Part shown: positions 13,501 to 26,644 of the stretch, piece by piece
How the letters are laid out: each line of letters starts with the position of its first letter
Position numbering within the stretch: position 1 is the first letter of the stretch
Source of the DNA: Eledone cirrhosa
Taxonomy: Eukaryota
Length of the DNA stretch: 64,000 nucleotides
NCBI GenBank assembly: GCA_964016885.1
Contig: OZ024741.1
Coordinates: 339,388,001-339,452,000, forward strand
Reading direction: 5' to 3'
Notes under the pieces: model-generated
Told to the model about the DNA's origin: nothing
Seen by the model: only the letters and a program-made list of their open reading frames with translations
Databases searched by the model: none
Position numbers and translations under genes: made by a program

Positions 13501-14073
13501 AGCTGTATAACAAAGTGCAGGGCAATAAAGATAGACGGTAGCCACGGAATAGGCAGACCCAGAAAAACCTGGGATGAGCTGATAAACTCCGACCTCACAC
13601 ACTTACACCTCACCAAGACAATGTCACTGGACTGAAACCTTTGGCGGTACTCAGTAATAGAGAAGACCCGCCTTACCTAAATACATAGTAAAACCTACTA
13701 CAGCCAGTAGGCATCTCTAACAAAATACACACACGTCCCACCACCCACACCCCATCCACACCACCCCCTCCTATGTAAAGTTATGTTGGTGCCACAACAT
13801 CCAGGCCGAAATAAATGAGATCGTGTAGGTGTCACGACAAAGAAACACACAGTCCACGCTGTAATGTGGCCGTGTAGGCAACACGGTAAAAACCTCCCAG
13901 TCCCACACTGTAAATGTGGTTGGTGTTAGGAAGGGCATCCAACTGTAGAAAACCTGCCAGACAGTCCTATGCGAGCAAGACAATCACTCTTGCCTCAAGT
14001 GGGAATACCCCCGTCCAAACCCATGCAAGCGTGGAACAAGGACGTTAAACGTTGATGATGATGATGATGATGA
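10509..14073 (+). mobile_element. Near full-length RTE-clade non-LTR retrotransposon (subfamily A)
   Basis: Single ORF with APE and RT, about 390-nt 3' UTR ending ggacgttaaacgtt(gat)n; flanked by (TA)n on both sides. Confidence 0.95.
10510..13680 (+). pseudogene. RTE polyprotein (AP endonuclease, reverse transcriptase, C4HC3 PHD-like finger), 1056 codons with 3 in-frame stops
   Basis: APE motifs [36 protein letters not shown]; RT motifs FVDLEKAFDRV, QGSVLSP, LLYADD; ORFs 10510, 12934 and 13282 share one frame; stops at 12850, 13273, 13633. Confidence 0.93.
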
Positions 14074-14494
14074 TATATATATATATATACTTGTATATAT
14101 ATATACTTATATAGTGGCATACACACAAACACACACATATATCTATGTATTCAGCTGCTGTTTTTTCTCCCTCTCCCCTATAAAAAGTTAGTTTTGTTTT
14201 TATGTTTAGACATCTATGTTTACTTTATTTTATTTTTTCCTATTCCTGAGAGTTCTGAGAATTTGTCACTTAGTGACACTTTTTATAATGAAAGAAAATG
14301 TATGGTTCAAATATTTTAATAAGGACTAGTTTGACCCTTTTCATACCAACCCTGGCCAAAACAGGTTATGGTTCTATGAAAGAAAATAACCCATGTATTT
14401 CAAAAATTTCATACTTAAATTAAAATCTCTCAGCATAATTTTATATAAAAACTATTTCTTATGTGAGAAATTTTCTCTTAAAATGAAATAATTA

Positions 14495-15145
14495 ATAATT
14501 GTTTCTATTTTTGGCACAAGGCCAGCAATTACTTCAGTGCATTACTGGTACTTTATTTTATCGACCACGTAAGGATGAAAGGCAAAGCTAATCTCGGCAG
14601 GATTTGAACGCAGAACGCAAAGGGACGTAACTATATGTTGCAAATCATGGTGTCCGACCCTCTACTGATACTGCCAATCCACCACCCTGAAATAATTAAT
14701 AATTGTTTCTACTTTTGGCACAAGGCCAACAATTATCCCAGTACATTACTGGTACTTTATTTTATCGACCCTGTAAGGATGAAAGACAAAGTTAACCTTG
14801 GTGGGATTTGAACTCAGACTGTAAAGGGGCGTAACTCTATGCTGCAAAGCATGGCGTCCCACTCTGTACTGATACTGCTAATCCACCAATAATACCACCT
14901 ATTTTATAGAGTTATTTAAATTTCAATCTTCCAGAATAATTTCATATAAAATCCATGTTAGGTTTCTATCTTAATAATTGTTTCTACTTTAGGCACAAGG
15001 CCAGCAATTCACCAGTGCATTTTATCGACCCCGTAAGGATGAAAGGCAAAGTCAACCTCGGCGGGATTTGAACTCAGACCGTAAAGGGACGTAACTATGC
15101 TGGAAAGCATGGCGTCCGACCCTCTACCGATACTGCCAATCCACC
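14495..15145 (-). mobile_element. Three same-orientation copies of a ~190-bp tRNA-derived SINE (about 14495-14688, 14700-14888, 14975-15145)
   Basis: Minus strand reads tggcagtatcgg (A-box), gagttcaaatccc (B-box), gcctttcatccttacggggtcgataaaa core, ggccttgtgccaaaagtagaaacaatt tail. Confidence 0.88.
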
Positions 15146-15300
15146 TTTCTATCTTAATAATGAAATGATTAGTAATTTTGGAAAATCAGTCAAAATTTTT
15201 CATTAACCCTTTTGGTATGAACCCAACCAAAATGATCTCTGGTTCTCTTTAAAATGGGTGGTTGTAGTAATTTTCCACTGGGGTGAACAATATTGTCTCT

Positions 15301-15490
15301 GTGAATTGGCAGTATCGGTAGAGCGTCAGACACCATGCTTTACAGCATAGAGTTATGGCACTTTACGTTCTAAGTTCAAATCCCGCCGAGGTTAACTTTG
15401 CCTTTCATCCTTACGAGGTCGATAAAATAAAGTACCAGTCACACACTGGGATAATTGCTGGCCTTGTGCCAAAAGTAGAAACAATTATTT
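15301..15490 (+). mobile_element. ~190-bp tRNA-derived SINE
   Basis: Same family as 14495-15145, on the + strand. Confidence 0.88.
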
Positions 15491-15709
15491 CTTAAAGGGA
15501 ACTTTCCTATTAGGTTGACAGTTAGGAAAGACATAGGTTGAAAAAACAAACAGAAAGAGAACATACACACACACACACACACACACATACACACACATAC
15601 ATACTACTACACACATACTACTATGCACATGTATACTACACACGTTCATGTTACACACTCATATTAACATGCACAAACTAACACAAATACACACATACAT
15701 TTCCGTCAC

Positions 15710-16810
15710 AACCACCACACCACCATAACCACCACCACCAACACCATCACCACTACCAACACCACCATCACCACTACCAATAGCATAACCACTATCACAT
15801 CACCATCACCACTACCACACTAATACCATCACCACTACCACACCAATACCATCGCCAACACCATCACCACTACCACACCAACACCATCACCACTACCACA
15901 CCATCACCATCACCACTACCAACACCATCACCACTACCACACCACCAACACCACTATATCCACTACCACACCAACACCATCACCACTACCACACCAACAC
16001 CATCACCACTACCACACCATCACCATCACCACTACCAACACCATCACCACTACCACACCACCAACACCACTATATCCACTACCACACCAACACCATCACC
16101 ACTACCACACCATCACCATCACCACTACCAACACCATCACCACTACCACACCACCAACACCACTATAGCCACTACCACACCAACACCATCACCACTACCA
16201 CACCATCACCACTACCACACCATCACCACTACCACACCATCACCACTACCACACCACTACCACACCAACACCATCACCACTACCACACCATCATCACTAC
16301 CACACTCATTACAACTATTGCAATACACAAATAAATTAACACGCACACACATTAATGCACACGCACACACACATTAACACACACACACATTAACACGTAC
16401 ACACATATTAATACACATATTAACACGCACACACATTAATGCAAACACACATTAACTCACATACATTAGCACACACACATTAATGCACATACATTAACAC
16501 ACACACATTAACGCACATACATTAATGCACATACATTAACACACACACATTAACGCACATACATTAATGCACATACATTAACACACATACACACATTAAC
16601 GTGCACACACATTAACACAAACGCACATTGATGCAAACGCAGATTAACATGCACACACATTAATGCAAACAGAAGCACTAATGAACATGCACACACACAT
16701 ACACACACAAGCACACACATTAACACAAACACATTAATACACACACACATTAACACAAACAATAATGAACATACACACATACATACACAAACACACACAC
16801 ACACACACAC
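15710..16810. repeat. (CAC/CCA)n degenerate repeat followed by attaac(ac)n repeat
   Basis: Visible. Confidence 0.85.
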
Positions 16811-17109
16811 CCTGCAACCCACAGAAACAATAATAACAATGATAAAAAAAAATCCTAGAGAAGTTTCCACAGCCCAACACTGTGTCCTATTGCCTCTGGT
16901 TCACTGATCAAACGTTGGAGAGGTGGGAGAGAAACTGTGTGACACATTTAAATAAGATTAGTAGTTAATAATAATAACTTTATCATCCCTTTAATCCATT
17001 CACAGATCAGAAGCTGTGAGAGGGACTCTAAAAGTAATCACCACCACCCCCTTTCCACTTCCACCATTTCCTGGCAAATTTGTTTCTCCTCCTGAACTAC
17101 CACCATCGT

Positions 17110-17152
<43 letters not shown>

Positions 17153-17187
17153 GCTGCTGCTGCTGTTGCTGCCCCCCACACCACTGT

Positions 17188-17243
<56 letters not shown>

Positions 17244-17484
17244 ACATTAACACTAATGACACACAGAAACATCAATAAATAAATAAATGAACTTGTTTCC
17301 ATCTTGTTCTTAGAATTCCACAATCAGGTGGAAATCGGTAAATTCCCAGAGTACCATAGTAAGGTGGAAATAAAGGGAGGTAATATAACAGAATCTCCTT
17401 CCCAGGATTCCACAGTAAGGTGGAAATAAGAAGTGATAACAGAAACAAAAACAATTGTGCTGGACCTTCACTGGTTCCAACAAT

Positions 17485-17890
17485 CGACAGATGTATTAAT
17501 AGATGGATTGACAGACAGACAGACAAATGGATAGATGTATTGACAGACAGACAAATAGATAGATGTATAGATGTATTGATAGACAGGCAGACAGATGTAT
17601 AGATGTATTGATAGACAGGCAGACAGGTGTATAGATGTATTGATAGACAGGCCGACAAATGGAAAGATATATTGATAGACAGACTGACAAATGGACAGCT
17701 ATATTGACAGACAGACAGACAGATGTACAGATGTATTGACAGACAGACATGTACAGATGTATTGACAGACAGACAAATGGATAGATGTATTGACAGACAG
17801 ACAGATGTATAGACAAACCAACAGACAAATGGGTAGATGTATAGACAGACAGACAAATGGACAGCTGTATTGACAAATAGAGAGACAAAT
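17485..17890. repeat. GACA/GATA-based compound minisatellite
   Basis: Repeated agatgtattgacagacagacag motif. Confidence 0.85.
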
Positions 17891-18134
17891 GAAGGGGAGG
17901 GTTTGGAGTGAAGACAGTGAGAAAAAAATAAAAATTCTCCTTCCTTTTTTGAGAAAATTGTGAGCAACATTTCTGAAACCAAATTACATTACATTTCTTT
18001 TTATTCTATTTCACATTATTTCTTTATTATTTTATCAACTTGTTTTTTTTCTAATTCATATCTTGTTAGTAAGTCTTCAAGTCTTTGGCAATTTTTTAAC
18101 ATGTCTTTTTTTTTTTAGTGTGGGGCCAAGAATG

Positions 18135-18720
18135 AATGAAATTATTGTGTACAGTGCTCAGGTGCACTACAACTCATCAAAGGTGCATGTTTAGTACATA
18201 GAATAATGTTCAAATGTCAGGAAAATGAACAGTGTATGAGTCATGATATACATGTGTGCATGTATATGGAGAGGGGTATATCAGGTATAGTGTTGGCGAA
18301 TCTCAGGAAACATGGAGGTTTTAAAGGATGCAATGCCTTGGCAGCTAACAACTGATGCAGGTAGTTTGTTCCATGCTTCAGCAACTCTGAGCGTGAAAAA
18401 ATGTTTCCGAAAGTCATGGGAGCTGTGCTGTTTCTGACTTTGTAGGCATGACCACGTGTTAGACACATGGAAATCAAAAAGGTACTCAGGGTTGTTGTTG
18501 GCAGATTAATAATTTTGTGGGTGTTTACCAAGTCCATTGCCAGACGTCGGAGCTTCAATGTATCCATGCCCAGGGAAACAAGGTGTTCAGAGTATGGTAG
18601 ATGCCTGATGGAGGGTATTCGTTTGGTTGCACGTCTCTGAACAGTTTCCAGTAGGTCAATGTTCTGAACAAGATAGGGGTTCCAGATTGGTGATGCAAAT
18701 TTGAAGTGTGTTCTTCCATT
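18135..18720 (-). mobile_element. CR1-like LINE 3' fragment
   Basis: LKLRRL..DL..THKI..., TRGH..K, HFFTLRVAEAWNKLP motifs (frameshifted); 3' end gagttgtagtgcacctgagcactgtacacaataatttcatt. Confidence 0.85.
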
Positions 18721-18767
18721 TCTCTCTGTGATAGTTTTCTAACTTCAACAATTTCAATATGACATCC

Positions 18768-18864
18768 TTTGACTTTGCCTTTCATCCTTACGGGGTCGAT
18801 AAAATAAAGTATCAGTAATGCACTGGGTAATTGCTGGCCTTGTGCCAAAAGTAGAAACAATTAT
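18768..18864 (+). mobile_element. 3' half of the ~190-bp SINE
   Basis: gcctttcatccttacggggtcgataaaa...gtagaaacaattatt. Confidence 0.8.
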
Positions 18865-19893
18865 TTCCATAGTTCAGTTGGGGAGGAGGGGAAATTATTT
18901 TTATTTTGTCCATTTTAATTTTTTTTTTTAATAAAACAAATTTCTCAGCCAACTAGCTGAAGGGTATTTTTGTAAAATTTCTCCCCCCCCCTCTCCCACT
19001 TTTCTCTCTCTCTCTCTGCTCCCTCTCTCTCCTACTTGTTTCTCTCATTTTTCTTCTCTCTCTGTTTTCTCTGTCTCTTTTCTGTATGTACACATGTCTG
19101 TGGAATGCTCAGCCACTTACACATTAATTTCACAAGCAATCTGTTCTGTAGCTGGAACAACTAGAACACGTGTCATCATAAATGACAGAGACCCAACACA
19201 GTCTGTCTCTGTCTATGTCTGTCTACATTCACCTGTCTTACTCTTCATCTCTATCAGGTTATCTTCTTCTTCTTCTTCTTCTTCTTCTTCTTCCCCTTTC
19301 ACCTCCTCCTCCTCCCCATTCTCCCCCTCCTTCCTCATACATAATTTCTATCTATCAATGTTTGGTGGGGTTAGATGATTCTCAGAATTATAAATTAGTG
19401 GAAACATTTTTTCTGCAACTTCCGTGTGTCTACCCAGGATTGGTGGCCGCACATGCTGCTGGTGTAGAGGTGATACGGTGCGAAGAGATAATATTTTGGC
19501 TCTGCCTTATTATCCAGGGGGTAGATATGTTGCCTCTTCTTAACCCTTTTGATACCAAATGTCTAGAAACTGCCTCTGGTTTTTACAATATTTTAAACAT
19601 AAAACTGATCATAATGTTAAGAACTTTTATGTTCCAAACATGAGCTTAATAACAAGACATAATTATATTGCTAAATTCTTGATTATTTTGAAAATTATTA
19701 AAAAAAAAAAAAAACACAAACCATAGGCAGTGTATTTTAGGAATATGGTAATGAATAGGTTAACTCTTTTGTTATCATATTTCTAATGAAAGACACTGCC
19801 TATGGTTTTCAAATAATTTTGAAAATAATGATGAATTTGGAAATATTTATCAATACAACTAATTTTATCATCATCTGGTGTGTGGAGGAGAGC

Positions 19894-20546
19894 TTAACCT
19901 TTTAGCATTTAAACCGGCCATATCTGAACAGAATTCTCTCACCTTTTTCTGTTCAAGCCAGCTGTAATTGGCCACTGCAAGTGAATACACTCCATCAGGC
20001 ATCTACCATACTCTGAGCGCCTTGCTTCCCTGGGCATGGATTCATTGAAGCTCCGACGCCTGGCAACTGACTTGGTAAACACCCACAAAATTGTTAACCA
20101 TGTTGCCAACAACAACCCTGAGTACCTTTTTGATTTCCATGTGTCTAACACACGTGGACATGCCCACAAAGTAAGAAAACAGCACAGTTCCCATGACTTT
20201 CAGAAACATTTTTTCACGCTCAGAGTTGCTGAAGCATGGAACAAACTACCTGCATCAGTTGTTAGCTGTCGAGACACTGCATCCTTTAAGGCCTCCATGC
20301 TTCCCGAGATCCGCCAACACTATAGCTAACACATACACACATGTACTTCCCTGACATTTGTGTATTATTCTATGTACTATATTGACGAGTTGTAGTGCAC
20401 CTGAGCACTTTACACAATAATTTCATTATTATACTATTCTCAAAATAAATAACATCAAAATCTCGTAGATTCAATATTATGCGAGATAATTATTACCACA
20501 AAAATACAAGAGTATATATAGAGTAATGTAAATGCTAAAAAATTAA
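19894..20546. mobile_element. TTAA-flanked MITE interrupted by a CR1-like insertion
   Basis: 19894-19978 and 20438-20546 match the reverse complement of the MITE at 46317-46521. Confidence 0.7.
19978..20437 (+). mobile_element. CR1-like LINE 3' fragment
   Basis: LKLRRLATDLVNTHKI...NTRGHAHKV...HFFTLRVAEAWNKLP...FK; same 3' end as 18135-18720. Confidence 0.88.
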
Positions 20547-20784
20547 TAAAGGTTCTTAGAAAATGGTGAAGGAATGTTTCTAGATAAATAAAAAGAGCTC
20601 AATATAAACAGCTTTGTATCATAGAACAAGGGAAGGGGGTTCAGGTGGTTTGATAACGAAACAGTTAAAGTTGAGCAGTAATTCTATAATTTTTTGATAT
20701 TTTTCTATCTGCTTCTTACTGCTGGTGAGTACCATTGTTTTGACTGTAGTGTGTCTAAACACTTTAGATATGAACCTGTAATCC

Positions 20785-21240
20785 TAGCTTCCATGAACAG
20801 ACATACACATACATATATAACTAACATGAACATAGACACATACACATAGCTACCATGAACATAGACACATACATACACATATAGCTAACATGAACATAGA
20901 CATATACATATATAGCTAACATGAACACAGACATATACATACACATAGCTAACATGAACATAAACATATACATATATAGCTACCATGAACATAAACATAT
21001 ACATATATAGCTACCATGAACATAAACATATACATATATAGCTACCATGAACATAGACATATACATATATAGCTAACATGAACACAGACATATACATACA
21101 CATAGCTAACATGAACATAAACATATACATATATAGCTACCATGAACATAAACATATATAGCTACCATGAACATAAACATATACATATATAGCTACCATG
21201 AACATAAACATATACATATATAGCTAACATGAACATAGAC
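20785..21240. repeat. About 31-bp minisatellite of variable unit length
   Basis: catatatagctaccatgaacataaacatata repeated. Confidence 0.9.
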
Positions 21241-21939
21241 ACACACACACACACATAGTTACCGTGAACAGACAGGCAGACATGCACACACATTGAGACA
21301 CACACATGCATGTACACATGCACCCACATACATACACGCGCACGCGCACACACACTCTCTCTCACACACACACATACATGCACACACACACTCTCTCTCT
21401 CTCACACACACACATACATGCACACACACACTCTCTCTCTCTCAAACACACACATACATGCACACACACACAGTTACCATGAATAGACAGACAGACATGC
21501 ACACACTTTGAGATACACACATGCACACGCGCGCGCACACACACACACATGGAAGTGTCTCATTGGAAGAAAGATTTATCAAACATCTGCTTAATGTTGT
21601 AAGTGGCATTATGCACCACTGCCCTCTGGAAGTTTGTAATTTAGGATGTATTAGAACGATGAAGAAATTAATTCAACTGCTTTGTGGAGTTCTTAACTGA
21701 ATTATTGATAATGTTTATATATTGTTGGTTGATTGAGGAGCAGTTGAAATAGCTTCCATCTGCAATATCTTTGTATTCTGGGGTTGAGGTGAAGTGGGGT
21801 AGGCCGAGAGGAATTAGCTGCTAATATTGACAAGAATATAATGTGTGCAAATGAATCCAAAGGCTCAATCTTCAGCAACGTGGCAGTACTATATAGGAGT
21901 AAAATGTGTGTGTGTGTGTGATGTTTTCATTTTGAGCAA

Positions 21940-22738
21940 GTATACTGCAAAGTGGTCATGTAGGTGTCATGGCAGAAAGCAGCCAGCTCATGCTGTAAGG
22001 TGGCCGTGTAGGTGTCATTACAAAAAGCACCCAGTCCACACTGTAAGGTGGTCTTGTAGGTGTCATTACAAAAAGTACCCAGCCCATACTGTAAAGTGGC
22101 TGTGTAGGTGTCACGGCAAAATGCACCCAGCCCACGCTGTAAAGTGGTCATGTAGGTGTCATGAAAAAAAGCACCCAGTCCACACTGTAAGGTGGTCACC
22201 CATGATAAAAAGCCCCCAGTCCACACTGTAAGGTGGTCATGTAGGTGTCATTACAAAAAGCAGCCAGCCCATACTGTAAAGTGGCTTGTAGGTGTCATGG
22301 CAAAATGCAACCAGTACTCACTGTAAGGTGGTTGTGTAGGAGTCATGACAAAAAGCACCCAGTACTCACTGTAAAGTGGTCGTGTAGGTGTCATGATAAA
22401 AAGCACCCAGCCCACGCTGTAAGGTGGTCATATAGGTGTCACGACAAAAAGAACTCAGCCTACACTGTAAGGTGGTTGTGTAGGTGTCACGACAAAATGC
22501 ACCCAGCCCATACTGTAAAATGGTCATGTAGAGTCATGGCAAAAAGCACCCAGCACACACTGTAAATGTGGTTGGCATTTGGAAGGGCATCCAGCTGTAG
22601 AAACCTACCCAGAAACAGTTCTGTATATGAGTAAGAAATGGTCGCCTGACCCAACTTGCCTCAAATGAGAGGACCTGTGTAACCCATGCTAGCATGGTAA
22701 ATGGACGTTAAATGATGATGATGATGATGATGATGATG
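21940..22738 (+). mobile_element. SINE/RTE-tail element with about 13 tandem 48-bp units
   Basis: Same unit and tail as 6255-6890; ends ccatgctagcatgg..tggacgttaaat(gat)n. Confidence 0.82.
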
Positions 22739-22785
<47 letters not shown>

Positions 22786-23221
22786 TGTGGGTGTATTTTG
22801 TATATCTAGTGATATATGGTATGTTTATGAATAAACATTTGAAAACCTTGATTGAAAGGGTTGATTGATCATGGTAGATCGATATATTGAGTAATAGATA
22901 GTGGTTATGTCATCACATATTTCTAGTCTTGATATTCTTGAGCCATGTCACTGTCTTCCTCGGAAACAATGTAATACAATGAACCAATTAAGAACCTATC
23001 TTCGACTTATGTTTTATTTCCCTTGTTCAATACACACACACATATGCATATATATATATGAGTTTGTAGCTTGAGTAGAATCTTTGATGGAACCCTATGC
23101 AGTAGGAGTCTACTACAAAAACTATAGCTCTCACCATATGATATGATCTTGTGGAAATCATCCCTTCATGGCTGCATTGAGTTTTAATGTTATCAACCCC
23201 ACCATAGACAGTTGGATACCA

Positions 23222-23271
<50 letters not shown>

Positions 23272-23317
23272 AAGTAAAATAAATAAGTCAAATGTTTAAA
23301 ATTTAGCTTCGTTTATT

Positions 23318-23372
23318 ACTGCTATATATATTTCGGTGACAGCCATCTTTGGCTGTGACCTCTTCAGGCAGT
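23318..23372 (-). ncRNA. Minimal type I hammerhead ribozyme motif
   Basis: ACTGC-CTGAAGA-GGT C ACAGCCA aaga TGGCTGT C ACC-GAAA-TATATA-TA-GCAGT: stems I and II pair, palindromic stem III, AUA cleavage triplet. Confidence 0.75.
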
Positions 23373-23494
23373 CCGAATTATGATTCCAGTTCCTCAGTGA
23401 AATAACAACCCAACCAGGAACTGGGCATATCAGAGTATTGACAAAATTATACACCTCAACAACATATGTACTTGTCTATACCACACTAATTCGG

Positions 23495-23549
23495 ACTGCC
23501 TGAAGAGATCACAGCCAAAGATGGCTGTCACCGAAATATATATAGCAGT
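23495..23549 (+). ncRNA. Minimal type I hammerhead ribozyme motif
   Basis: Mirror copy of 23318-23372 with one extra stem II mismatch. Confidence 0.7.
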
Positions 23550-23604
23550 AATAAACGAAGCTAACTTTTAAACATTTGACTTATTTATTTTACTTTATCT
23601 TACA

Positions 23605-26545
23605 CTAGCAGTAAAGCCCGGCGTTGCTCGGGGTCGCTCAGTAGCTGTGTTAAAGTTACAATGTTAAGTTTCTTTTTTGGCTTAAAAACTGTAGTGTCTA
23701 CTGTGCAGACTTGCATGTGGTGTTTTTGATTAATATTCCCTCAACCAACAATATGCCTTATGAAGTTAAGAAAACATAACGATAACCCGAATTAAAGTAA
23801 ATTCAGCCTTATAAGACCGTAAAATTAATTTAAACGTTTAATAGGGAAAGTTTGCTAACCGTCGTAATAAAAAAATAAATATCAATAACTTACGAAGTAA
23901 TGAACTCGCCGAACTTTTAAAGCGTTGTAGCATACAAAGGCAGTACAGTGCAAATGAAGCTATTAAACAAACTGGAGATTCCAATTCACTCTACTAAAGA
24001 TTTACTTAATCGTCTGCATATTCGCTAATCGTCTGCTCATTCCATAAAAGGGAAATAATCGCCTATATCACCTCTCTGCATGACTGTCTGTCTGCACGCC
24101 TATATCACCTCTCTGCATGACTGTCTGTCTGCACGCCTATATCACCTCTCTGCACGACTATCTGTCTGCACGTGTATATCACCTCTCTGCACGACTATCT
24201 GTCTGCACGACTGTCTGTCTGCACGCCTAACGAAATTTACAGATACATATATTTTAAATAAACTTAAATAATTTTTGCTTTTTTTTACGAAATATTTGCT
24301 TGTTTTACGTAGTCTTTAAATAGACTTGTTTTCAAGTAAAAATATTGTTTTAAAAGGCTTTTAAATGGAAATGAAGCAAAACGGAAGCTTAGTGTTCGAA
24401 CTGATGAATTTTGAAGGTCAAAATTTTGCTGGCTCGACAACTGTTCGTGTATTGTGTTAATGTCATTTTAAACGCTGAGAAAGCCAGCGTAATTTTTTTT
24501 ATTTTTGCCAGCGTAATTTTTTTAATTTTTGCACGCAGAAAATGTAAAGAGAACGTAAGACGCTACGCTGAATGTAAACAGAACAAAGGGAAATAACTTA
24601 TCACTTACGCTCAAAAATCGATACATTATATTCGATTTCGTCAGATAGGGCGGGTCAATTTGAAATATTTTTTTTCCGATCTCTTCGCTAGGGCTCAATG
24701 TACAAGTATAGTAATTTCGGTGCAATTCCGTGAGAGATTCTAAGAGGAGATGTGTGCCAAAAATCGATAGACAGACAGACAACCTCAGTTTTATATATAT
24801 AGACTAGCAGTAAAGCCCGGCGTTGCTCGGGGTCGCTCAGTAGCTGTGTTAAAGTTACAATGTTAAGTTTCTTTTTTGGCTTAAAAACTGTAGTGTCTAC
24901 TGTGCAGACTTGCATGTGGTGTTTTTTATTAATATTCCCTCAACCAACAATATGCCTTATGAAGTTAAGAAAACATAACGATAACCCGAATGTTATAACA
25001 AAAGAGGATGCTGGGGATAAAAACTGCACTGGTTATTTATTAACAAAGATCGAAAATGTAAACACTGCAACGCAGAGAAAAACATTAGCGCAACCAAATT
25101 ACCAGTTATGTCTGTCTGCACGCCTATATCACCTCTCTGCACGACTATCTGTCTGCACGCGTATATCACCTCTCTGCACGACTATCTGTCTGCACGCGTA
25201 TATCACCTCTCTGCACGACTGTCTGTCTGCACGCCTAACGAAATTTACAGATACATATATTTTAAATAAACTTATATAATTTTTGCTTTTTTTTACGAAA
25301 TATTTGCTTGTTTTACGTAGTCTTTAAATAGACTTGTTTTCAAGTAAAAATATTGTTTTAAAAGGCTTTTAAATGGAAATGAAGCAAAACGGAAGCTTAG
25401 TGTTCGAACTGATGAATTTTGCAGGTCAAAATTTTGCTGGCTCGACAACTGTTCGTGTATTGTGTTAATGTCATTTTAAACGCTGAGAAAGCCAGCGTAA
25501 TTTTTTTAATTTTTGCACGCAGACGCTCAATGTAAACAGAATAAAGGGAAATAACTGATCACTTACGCTCAAAAATCGATACATTATATTCGATTTCGTC
25601 AGATAGGGCGGGTCAATTTGAAATATTTTTTTCCGATGTCTTCGCTAGGGCTCAATGTACAAGTATAGCAATTTCGGTGCAATTCCGTGAGAGATTCTAA
25701 GAGGAGATGTGTGCCAAACATCGATAGACAGACAGACAACCTCAGTTTTATATATATAGAAGACTAGCAGTAAAGCCCGGCGTTGCTCGGGGTCGCTCAG
25801 TAGCTGTGTTAAAGTTACAATGTTAAGTTTCTTTTTTGGCTTAAAAACTGTAATGTCTACTGTGCAGACTTGCATGTGGTGTTTTTGATTAATATTCCCT
25901 CAACCAACAATATGCCTTATGAAGTTAAGAAAACATAACGATAACCCGAATGTTATAACAAAAGAGGATGTTGGGGATAAAAACTGCACTGGTTATTTAT
26001 TAACAAAGATTGAAAATGTAAACACTGCAACGCAGAGAAAAACATTAGCGTAACCAAATTATCAGTTATGTCTGTCTGCACGCCTATATCACCTCTCTGC
26101 ACGACTGTCTGTCTGCACGCCTGAAATATTTGCTTGTTTTACGTGGTCTTTAAATAGACTTGTTTTCAAGTAAAAATATTGTTTTAAAATGCTTTTAAAT
26201 GGAAATGAAGCAAAACGGAAGCTTAGTGTTCGAACTGATGAATTTTGCAGGTCAATATTTTGCTGGCTCGACAACTGAGAAAGCCAGCGTAATTTTTTAC
26301 GTAAGACGCTCAATGTAAACAGAACAAAGGGAAATAACTGATAACTTACGCTCAAAAATCGATACATTATATTCGATTTCGTCACATAGGGTGGGTCAAT
26401 TTGAAATTATTTTTTTTCCGATGTCTTCGCTAGGGCTCAATGTACAAGTATAGCAATTTCGGTGCAATTCCGTGAGAGATTCTAAGAGGAGATGTGTGCC
26501 AAAAATCGATAGACAGACAGACAACCACAGTTTTATATATATAGA
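23605..26545 (-). mobile_element. Head-to-tail trimer of a non-autonomous Helitron (23605-24803, 24804-25763, 25764-26545)
   Basis: Each unit on minus starts TC(TA)n and ends cccgagcaacgccggg hairpin + 8 nt + CTAG; array flanked by A and T; internal 37-bp repeat. Confidence 0.88.
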
Positions 26546-26644
26546 TATATACATATATATATATATACATACACATATATACACACATATATATATACAC
26601 ACACACACACATACACACACACACATATATACGCACGCACATAT

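Larger units (their letters stand above)
23269..23598. mobile_element. Inverted-repeat element (112-bp arms, 106-bp spacer), Penelope-like pLTR remnant
   Basis: 23269-23380 is a near-perfect reverse complement of 23487-23598; follows (TA)n; each arm holds a hammerhead motif. Confidence 0.75.

Noticed and set aside
23598-23605. Hammerhead palindrome and Helitron array as one composite element
   Set aside because: The Helitron has its own A|T boundary and the hammerhead relative at 54864 is not joined to this Helitron family; adjacency is best explained by clustered insertion
24860-25279. 139-aa ORF inside the Helitron unit
   Set aside because: No Rep or helicase motifs; frame not preserved between units
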